From positions 90,001-122,000 of the forward strand of contig NZ_CP036280.1 of the NCBI RefSeq assembly GCF_007748075.1: 32,000 bases of DNA, given 5' to 3'. A program made the translations under genes and the position numbers. This document shows, piece after piece, positions 24,424 through 32,000 of the stretch (position 1 is the first letter of the stretch; each line of letters starts with the position of its first letter). Under the pieces are notes generated by a model. The model did not search any database. It saw only the letters and a program-made list of their open reading frames with translations, and had not been told where the DNA came from. This DNA is from Mucisphaera calidilacus. Lineage in GTDB: Bacteria; Planctomycetota; Phycisphaerae; Phycisphaerales; Phycisphaeraceae.

Positions 24424-24539
24424 CTCGGAGGAGAGAATCACGATGTCCACTATGAGTACGCAAAGCGGCAGGGCGGGTTCACGATTCGGGATCGTTTCTC
24501 GATCTTTTTTTTGCCCATCTTCACAGCCGCTGAGCGCAT

Positions 24540-24570
24540 AAAAAAGCGCCCCCGCCGCAAGGACGAGGGC
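24540..24570 (-). terminator. Candidate intrinsic terminator of htpX
   Basis: The minus strand reads GCCCTCG-tccttgcgg-CGGGGGC, a 7-bp stem including one G.U pair, followed by GC TTTTTT. It lies 39-69 nt downstream of the htpX stop at 24609-24611. Confidence 0.4.
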
Positions 24571-24608
24571 ACCTGGAGAAGGGAAGAGGGGAGGAAGATC
24601 ACTGAGGC

Positions 24609-25457
24609 TTACGTGCCGCTGTACCACGACGGTTCGAGATTCCGCAGCGCCTCAATGCGTTTTTCTGTTTTCGGGTGCGTCGAGAAGAGACCCGCCACGC
24701 CCTCGCCCGACAACGGCTGGACGATGAACATATGGTTCTGCGTCGATGACGAACCTTCGAGGGGGATGCGTTGGGAATAAGCCTGAAGCTTCTGCAGCGC
24801 GCCGACCAGGCCGTTCGGCGTGCCCGCGATCCGGGCCGCGTCGGCATCCGCCACAAACTCACGGCTGCGGCTGATCGCCATCTGGATCAGCGCCGCCGCG
24901 ATCGGGGCACCGATGATCATCGCCAGCATGATGAGCGGATGGACGTCCCTGCGGCCGCCGCCAAACAGGATCAGCCACTGTGCCGCGTTGAGCGTGCCCG
25001 CAATCACCGCCGCCACCGTGCTGATCAGCGTGTCGCGGTTTTTGACGTGTGCGAGTTCGTGCGCCAGCACGCCCTCCAACTCGCCGTAGTCGAGTAATTG
25101 AATCGCTCCCTCGGTCACCGCCACCGCGGCGTTGCTGGGGTTGCGGCCCGTCGCGAACGCGTTCGGCGCCTGCTGTGGGCAGACATAAACACGGGGCATC
25201 GGCAGGTTGGCGTTCTTCGCCAGCCGCTCGACCATCGTGACCAGCTCGGGATGGTTCTCCTCAGCGGGGACGCCACGCATCGTCGAGATCGCGATCTTGT
25301 CCGAGTAGTAGTAGGAGATCACCGCGCCGAAGCCGCCGAACATCGCGGCGAACATCACGCCCTGCGGGCCGCCGAGCACGTAGCCCAAGGCGATGATCAG
25401 GCCGAACATCAGCCCCAGCAGGATCGCGGTCTTGGTCTGGTTCCACATAATCGTCAT
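24609..25457 (-). CDS. htpX: Zinc metalloprotease HtpX (peptidase M48)
   Basis: 282-aa ORF with two N-terminal TM helices, NAFATGRNPSNAAVAVTEG, the zinc motif LAHELAHVKNRD, two more TM helices, SRSREFVADADAARI, and the C-terminal FSTHPKTEKRIEAL. Confidence 0.9.
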   Translation of the reverse strand: MTIMWNQTKTAILLGLMFGLIIALGYVLGGPQGVMFAAMFGGFGAVISYYYSDKIAISTMRGVPAEENHPELVTMVERLAKNANLPMPRVYVCPQQAPNAFATGRNPSNAAVAVTEGAIQLLDYGELEGVLAHELAHVKNRDTLISTVAAVIAGTLNAAQWLILFGGGRRDVHPLIMLAMIIGAPIAAALIQMAISRSREFVADADAARIAGTPNGLVGALQKLQAYSQRIPLEGSSSTQNHMFIVQPLSGEGVAGLFSTHPKTEKRIEALRNLEPSWYSGT

Positions 25458-25637
25458 ACCGGCAACTCCATTCCGCCGCCCGTCACGCGTGGCGGCACGT
25501 TACATCCGTGCAATTCATATGCCGGTTGCACGCCGTCGGTTCGCCCGACCCGTGAAAGTCGGTCGATTCACGCTTTCCTCGCGCCACGACGCCCGAAAAA
25601 CCGGATAATTATATAACCATAATCTCGTGAACAATGA

Positions 25638-26456
25638 TCACAGCTGTGCCATCCGCCACGCGCCCACCGCGAGAACCACGATCAGCGCGATCCGCACCTG
25701 CCGCACTGGCAGCTTGTGGGTCAGGCCCGCACCGATCCGCCCGCCGATCGCCGCCGTCGGCGCCAGCAGCAAGGCCAGGAACAGCCCCGACCACCAGGGC
25801 ACCCCGTGCTGGGCCAGCGTCGCGTTCTTGACGACCGAACCGATCGCCGCCGAGAAGCAGATCACCGCCGCCGAGTTCGCGATCGCGTTGCGAAGCGGCA
25901 CGCCGATCACCGCCTGCTGCATCGGCACCGCCACCGCGCCGCCGCCGATCCCCAGCAGGCCCGCCACCAGGCCCATCGCCGTGCCCGTCCCCGCCACTCG
26001 GCCCGTCCCGATCCGCGCCGGCATCGTCTCGCCGCCCGGCCGCCCGTCGTGCATCAGCCGGTGCAGGTTCAGCCCGATCACGTAGACCTGAAACACCGCC
26101 AGCAGACGCCCCAGCCAGACGCCGCCGTCACGACCCGCGAAGACCGGCAGGTTGCTCAGGATCACGCCGACCACCACCGCCACCACCGCCGCCGGGAGCA
26201 TGATGCGCAGGATCGAGGGCGTGATCGCGCCCGCCTTCCGGTGACGCAGCGCGCTCGGCACCGACACCGCCACGTTCGCGATCATCGCCGCCGCCTGATA
26301 GAGGTGCTGCTCCGGACCGTAGACAAACGTGAGCGCCGGGATGAGGATCAGCGAGCCGCCCACGCCCAGCAGACCGCCCGCCATCCCCGCCACCAGGCCC
26401 AGCACCGCGAGGATCAGCAGGCCAACAACATTCGGGTCGATCCACGGGGCAATCAT
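25638..26456 (-). CDS. TauE/SafE (TSUP, DUF81) family anion exporter
   Basis: 272-aa ORF with ~8 hydrophobic helices. It shows the family's internal duplication with Gly-rich motifs AGMAGGLLGVGGSLILIPAL and GLVAGLLGIGGGAVAVPM. Confidence 0.8.
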   Translation of the reverse strand: MIAPWIDPNVVGLLILAVLGLVAGMAGGLLGVGGSLILIPALTFVYGPEQHLYQAAAMIANVAVSVPSALRHRKAGAITPSILRIMLPAAVVAVVVGVILSNLPVFAGRDGGVWLGRLLAVFQVYVIGLNLHRLMHDGRPGGETMPARIGTGRVAGTGTAMGLVAGLLGIGGGAVAVPMQQAVIGVPLRNAIANSAAVICFSAAIGSVVKNATLAQHGVPWWSGLFLALLLAPTAAIGGRIGAGLTHKLPVRQVRIALIVVLAVGAWRMAQL

Positions 26457-26601
26457 CAGCAGAGATATCCTCGAGCAAAGGTGGGCGAGCCGGTTTCACG
26501 AGATATGATCCATAACAGATTTACGTTTGGACGGCAGTCCGCCGGCTGGTCGATCCAATCCCCAGACCTCCCCACAGACACGGGCAGGCGGAGAGCACGA
26601 C

Positions 26602-29430
26602 ATGGGTTCTGAATCAGAGCAGACACTTCTCGACAGCGCCAGCCTCGCCTACGCCGAGTCTCTCTACGAGCAGTACATCACCGACCCCGGCTCCGTCCCC
26701 GAGGACTGGGCCCGCGAGTTCGAGACCTGGCGCAACAACGGCCTCGCCGAACGCAACACCCTCAACCCCGGCTTCGAGGCCTCCAGCCTCTTCCACGCCG
26801 GACCCTCAGCGGGTGTCGCCTCCGAGCAATCCGAACTCTCCGCCGCCATCCTGCAGCACGGCATCGACCGGCTCGTCCGCAACTACCGCGTCCGCGGGCA
26901 CATCATCGCCAGCATCAACCCGCTCGGCGGCACCAACCCTCGGCCCGACGAGCTCTCCCTTGACTACTACGGCCTCTCCGAAGCCGACCTCAACCGCCAG
27001 ATCACCAGCTCGACACTCCCGGGCAAGACACGATGGCGCGTCAACGAGGTCATCGAGCTGATGGAGCACACCTACGCCCGGGCGATCGGTGCGCAGTTCA
27101 TGCACATCGACAACCTCGAGGTCCGCGAGTGGCTCCAGCGACGCATGGAGTCCACCCGCAACACCGTCGACCTCGCCCGCAAGGAGCAGATCCGCATCCT
27201 CACGCGGCTCACCGACGCCGTGATCTTCGAGGAATTCATCCAGAAGAAGTTCATCGGGGCCAAGAGCTTCTCGCTCGAGGGCGCCGAGAGCCTCATCCCC
27301 CTACTCGACCTCACGCTCGAAAAAGCAGGCGACCAGGGCATCGTCGAGGTCGTCCTCGGCATGGCCCACCGCGGAAGACTCAACGTCCTCCACAACATCG
27401 TCGGCAAGTCCGCCCAACGCATCTTCCGCGAGTTCGAGGACATCGACCCCAAGCTCTACCTCGGCGGGGGTGATGTGAAATACCACCTCGGGTACTCCGG
27501 GACCTGGCGCACCCGCGCGGGGCAGAACGTCCACCTCTCGCTCTGCTTCAACCCCTCCCACCTCGAGTTCGTCAACCCCGTGGCTCTCGGCCGACTCCGA
27601 GCCAAGCAGGACCGCGCCGACCTCGGCACCCGAGGCGAACGGAGCATGTGCCTGCAGATCCATGGCGACGCCTCCTTCGCCGGCGAGGGCGTGGTCCAGG
27701 AGACCCTCAACCTCTCCGGCCTCGAGGGCTACGCCACCGGCGGCACACTCCACGTCATCCTGAACAACCAGATCGGCTTCACCACCTCGCCCCGCGACGG
27801 CCGCTCCACCCGCTACGCCTCCGACGTCGCCAAGATGCTCCAGATCCCGATCTTCCACGTCAACGGCGAGAACCCCGAAGCCGTCGCCCAGGTCGTCCGC
27901 CTCGCCATGGACTTCCGCATGGAGTTCAAACGCGACGTCGTCATCGACCTCTACTGCTACCGACGCCGAGGCCACAACGAGTCCGACGAGCCGGCGTACA
28001 CCCAGCCCAAGCTCTACCGCGGCATCCGCGAGCGACCCTCCCTGCTCACCTCCTACACCGACGAACTCGACAAGCTCAACGGCATCTCCAAGAGCGACGC
28101 CGAACGCATCTCCAAGCGACGCACCGAGCTGCTTGAAAAAGACCTCCACGAGTCCTGGAACGCCACCTCCGCACCCACCCACGAGTTCGAACTCACCGGG
28201 TTCTGGGGCGGGTACCTCGGCGGATCCGAGAAGGCCGTCGCCGACGTCGAGACCGGGCTGCCCCTCGAAGACCTCCAACGCCTGATGACCCTCCTCAACT
28301 CGGTCCCCGAGGGTTTCACGCCGCATCCGAAGCTCCGTCGCTTCCGCGAGGCCCGCGACGAGATGGCTCAAGGCAAAAAGCCCCTCGACTGGGCCTCCGC
28401 CGAGGCCCTCGCCTTCGCCTCCGTCGCCGCCGAGGGACACCCCGTTCGGCTTTCGGGACAGGACTGCCAACGCGGCACCTTCTCCCACCGCCACGCCGTC
28501 CTCCACGACGCCGAGACCGACCAGGAATACTGCCCGCTCCAGCACGTCGCCGAGGGACAGGCACCCGTCGACATCTACAACAGCCCGCTCTCCGAGGTCG
28601 CCGTACTCGCCTTCGACTACGGCTACTCCCTCGATTACCCCACCGCGCTCGTCTGCTGGGAGGCACAGTTCGGCGACTTCGTCAACGTCGCCCAGGTCAT
28701 CATCGACCAGTTCATCGCCTCCGCCGAGGACAAGTGGCGACGGCTCTCGGGCATCACCGTGCTCCTGCCCCACGGCTTCGAAGGCCAAGGGCCCGAGCAC
28801 TCCTCCGCGCGGCTCGAACGACTGCTCGTCCTCACCGCCGAGCACAATATCCAGGTTGCCATGCCCTCGACGCCGGCCCAGTACTACCACCTGCTCCGCA
28901 GGCAGGCCGTCCGGCCCTGGCGCAAGCCGCTTTTTGTCCTCACCCCCAAGAGCCTGCTGCGCAACCCCGCCTGCACCAGCCCGCTCGAAGACCTCACCAC
29001 CGGCACCTACCAGCGCTTCATCCCCGATGACCCCGCGATCAAGCCGAAGAAGGCCCGCCGCGTCCTCCTCTGCGCCGGCAAGATCTACTACGACCTGATC
29101 GCCCGCCGGGAGGAACTCAAGTGCAAGGATGTCGCGATCTGCCGCGTCGAGCAGTTCTATCCCTTCAAGGACGACATGCTCCGCGAGCTGCTCGAGGCCT
29201 ATCCCGCCGAGACGCCCGTCTTCTGGGTCCAGGAAGAGCCCGAGAACATGGGCGCGATCATCTTCATGAAAAACCGCTTCTACAACCGGCTCTTCGACCG
29301 ACACCCGCTCGCCTACATCAGCCGACTCGCCACCGCCAGCCCCGCATCCGGGTCCAAGGCCGCCCACGAGATCGAGCAGGAGGAAATCCTCGCGCAGGCC
29401 TTCGCCGGCGGCGAGGAAGAGACTGCATAA
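26602..29430 (+). CDS. sucA: 2-oxoglutarate dehydrogenase E1 component
   Basis: The ATG at 26602 gives 942 aa starting MGSESEQTLLDSASLAYAESLYEQYITDP. Motifs: RVRGHIIASINPLG, KRFSLEGAESLIPLLD-type stretch (GAKSFSLEGAESLIPLLD), MAHRGRLNVL, IHGDASFAGEGVVQETLNLS, NNQIGFTTSP, YCYRRRGHNESDEP, RLSGQDCQRGTFSHRHAVL, WEAQFGDFVN, LLPHGFEGQGPEHSSARLER. The track start at 26527 adds a non-homologous leader. Confidence 0.92.
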   Translation: MGSESEQTLLDSASLAYAESLYEQYITDPGSVPEDWAREFETWRNNGLAERNTLNPGFEASSLFHAGPSAGVASEQSELSAAILQHGIDRLVRNYRVRGHIIASINPLGGTNPRPDELSLDYYGLSEADLNRQITSSTLPGKTRWRVNEVIELMEHTYARAIGAQFMHIDNLEVREWLQRRMESTRNTVDLARKEQIRILTRLTDAVIFEEFIQKKFIGAKSFSLEGAESLIPLLDLTLEKAGDQGIVEVVLGMAHRGRLNVLHNIVGKSAQRIFREFEDIDPKLYLGGGDVKYHLGYSGTWRTRAGQNVHLSLCFNPSHLEFVNPVALGRLRAKQDRADLGTRGERSMCLQIHGDASFAGEGVVQETLNLSGLEGYATGGTLHVILNNQIGFTTSPRDGRSTRYASDVAKMLQIPIFHVNGENPEAVAQVVRLAMDFRMEFKRDVVIDLYCYRRRGHNESDEPAYTQPKLYRGIRERPSLLTSYTDELDKLNGISKSDAERISKRRTELLEKDLHESWNATSAPTHEFELTGFWGGYLGGSEKAVADVETGLPLEDLQRLMTLLNSVPEGFTPHPKLRRFREARDEMAQGKKPLDWASAEALAFASVAAEGHPVRLSGQDCQRGTFSHRHAVLHDAETDQEYCPLQHVAEGQAPVDIYNSPLSEVAVLAFDYGYSLDYPTALVCWEAQFGDFVNVAQVIIDQFIASAEDKWRRLSGITVLLPHGFEGQGPEHSSARLERLLVLTAEHNIQVAMPSTPAQYYHLLRRQAVRPWRKPLFVLTPKSLLRNPACTSPLEDLTTGTYQRFIPDDPAIKPKKARRVLLCAGKIYYDLIARREELKCKDVAICRVEQFYPFKDDMLRELLEAYPAETPVFWVQEEPENMGAIIFMKNRFYNRLFDRHPLAYISRLATASPASGSKAAHEIEQEEILAQAFAGGEEETA

Positions 29431-29510
29431 GCCGTCGCCCAGCGGTACCCTAAGCGTGCAGGCGACACGACACCCATCAGACGGAGCCCTCCACCACGAG
29501 GGAGCGACCC

Positions 29511-30845
<1,335 letters not shown>

Positions 30846-30911
30846 CCTCAGGGCATCGGTCTCGCGATCGTTCCGGTGAAACCTCCCGCGTAATTCGGAG
30901 CCCTTGTCGAT

Positions 30912-32000
30912 ATGGCCAACAAGAAACATGACCTCCTCATCATCGGCGCAGGCCCCGGCGGGTACGTCGCCGCCATCCGCGCCGCGCAACTCGGCCTCGA
31001 CGTCGCCTGCGTCGACGAGAACGACGCCCTCGGCGGAACCTGCCTCCGCATCGGCTGCATCCCCTCCAAGGCACTGCTCGAATCCTCCGAGCACTACGAG
31101 GTCGCCACCAAGCACCTCAAACAGCACGGCATCAAGACCACAGGCGTCGAACTCGACCTGCCCACCATGCTCAAACGCAAGGACAAGGTCGTCACCAACC
31201 TCACCAAGGGCATCGCCGCGCTCTTCAAGAAGAACAAGATCACCCGCTACCACGGCCGCGGCAGCTTCGCCGAAGACCGGTCCGTCAAGATCACCGGCGG
31301 CAAGGACGACGGCACCACCGTCAACGCCACCAGCGTCATCATCGCCACCGGCTCCGTGCCCGTCTCTCTCCCGGGTGTCGACCTCGAGCACCCGCGTATC
31401 GACACCTCCACCGAGGCCCTCGAGTACGACGCCGTCCCCGAGAAACTTGCCGTCATCGGCGCCGGTGCTATCGGCCTCGAACTCGGGTCCGTCTGGCGAC
31501 GACTCGGCGCCGACGTCACCGTTATCGAGTTCCTTGACTACATCATGCCCGGGGCCGACCGCGAGATCGCCGACGAGGCCCAGAAGATCTTCAAGAAGCA
31601 GGGCATCAACTTCATCCTCGGCGCACGCGTCACCGGCGCGACCGGCAAGCCCCACAACGTCACTCTGGAGATCGAAGACCACGACCCCATGACCTTCGAC
31701 CGCGTCCTCGTTGCCGTCGGACGCAAGCCCAACACCGACGGCCTGGGCCTTGAGCACGTCGGCGTCACCATGGACGACCGCGGACGCATCAAGACCGACA
31801 GCCACTTCGAGACCTCCGCCGACCACATCTTCGCCATCGGCGACGCCGTCGCCGGCCCCATGCTCGCCCACAAGGCCGAGGAGGAGGCGGTCGCCTGCGT
31901 CGAGCACATCGTCAACGGCGCCTCCCACATCGACTACGCCGCCATCCCCTCGATCGTCTACACCGAACCCGAGATCGCCTCCGTCGGCAAGACCGAACAG
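30912..32000 (+). CDS. lpdA: Dihydrolipoyl dehydrogenase (E3), 3' end beyond the window
   Basis: Not in the ORF track because it runs off the right edge. My translation from the ATG at 30912 is open for 363 codons to 32000: MANKKHDLLIIGAGPGGYVAAIRAAQLG, the redox disulfide GGTCLRIGCIPSKALL, the NAD fold LAVIGAGAIGLELGSVW, VAVGRKPNT and IFAIGDAVAGPMLAHKAEEE. Confidence 0.9.
   Translation, partial: MANKKHDLLIIGAGPGGYVAAIRAAQLGLDVACVDENDALGGTCLRIGCIPSKALLESSEHYEVATKHLKQHGIKTTGVELDLPTMLKRKDKVVTNLTKGIAALFKKNKITRYHGRGSFAEDRSVKITGGKDDGTTVNATSVIIATGSVPVSLPGVDLEHPRIDTSTEALEYDAVPEKLAVIGAGAIGLELGSVWRRLGADVTVIEFLDYIMPGADREIADEAQKIFKKQGINFILGARVTGATGKPHNVTLEIEDHDPMTFDRVLVAVGRKPNTDGLGLEHVGVTMDDRGRIKTDSHFETSADHIFAIGDAVAGPMLAHKAEEEAVACVEHIVNGASHIDYAAIPSIVYTEPEIASVGKTEQ

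Noticed and set aside
24471-24495. GGGTTCACGATTC resembling a tRNA T-loop
   Set aside because: The flanking bases cannot form a T-stem, and there is no acceptor or anticodon arm. It is not a tRNA.
24443-24541. 32-aa plus-strand ORF (MSTMSTQSGRAGSRFGIVSRSFFCPSSQPLSA) downstream of a GGAGGAG
   Set aside because: Third-position G/C is about half, far from the genomic coding bias. The spacing from GGAGG is long (~11 nt), and the ORF runs through a T8 tract. It is treated as non-coding.
25608-25634. Minus-strand TTGTTC ... TATAAT upstream of htpX in an AT-rich patch
   Set aside because: The -10 hexamer is perfect, but the spacer is only 15 nt and the -35 is weak. htpX is usually under heat-shock sigma control, and the consensus in this lineage is unknown. 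The evidence is not strong enough to annotate.
26527-26601. Longest-ORF start for sucA (TTG 26527)
   Set aside because: The added 25 residues (MDGSPPAGRSNPQTSPQTRAGGEHD) are not SucA-like. The ATG at 26602 is followed directly by the conserved N-terminal helix.

Overview
This is a GC-rich bacterial chromosomal segment; third codon positions of the accepted genes are almost always G/C. The gene content includes an H-X9-DG style prepilin-like protein, an exosortase/EpsI fusion and a murD detached from any dcw cluster. By inference this points to the PVC superphylum, probably Planctomycetota, but I cannot confirm the taxon without a search.

I support 20 protein-coding genes. Two of them run off the window edges and are therefore missing from the supplied ORF track: a TPR protein at 1..2121 (-) and lpdA at 30912..32000 (+). 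I see no rRNA, tRNA, CRISPR array, transposase or integrase.

Housekeeping genes:
- gpsA, hisF, murD, htpX
- a TauE/TSUP permease
- the sucA-sucB-lpdA operon

Envelope and accessory content:
1. A minus-strand polysaccharide-export, exosortase::EpsI fusion and TPR module (1..6065).
2. An inverse-autotransporter-like outer-membrane protein whose passenger looks like a parallel beta-helix (7366..10092).
3. An orphan Cache-type chemoreceptor.
4. An orphan ketosynthase pair in which the upstream partner has the nucleophile Cys replaced by Gln and both His lost, as in a chain-length factor (12521..15163).
5. A DUF1460-like lipoprotein.
6. A lone pseudopilin.
7. The item I find most interesting: a tight same-strand module (18438..23046) of an intact PilT-type ATPase, a membrane-anchored GspE/PilB paralogue with a destroyed P-loop and His box but an intact tetracysteine motif, and a CvpA-like polytopic protein with a large C-terminal domain. 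No platform, secretin or peptidase partner lies within the window.

Many long ORFs in the track are antisense or alternate-frame artefacts of the high GC content and are rejected. All family assignments rest on motifs read by eye, and no database search was run.
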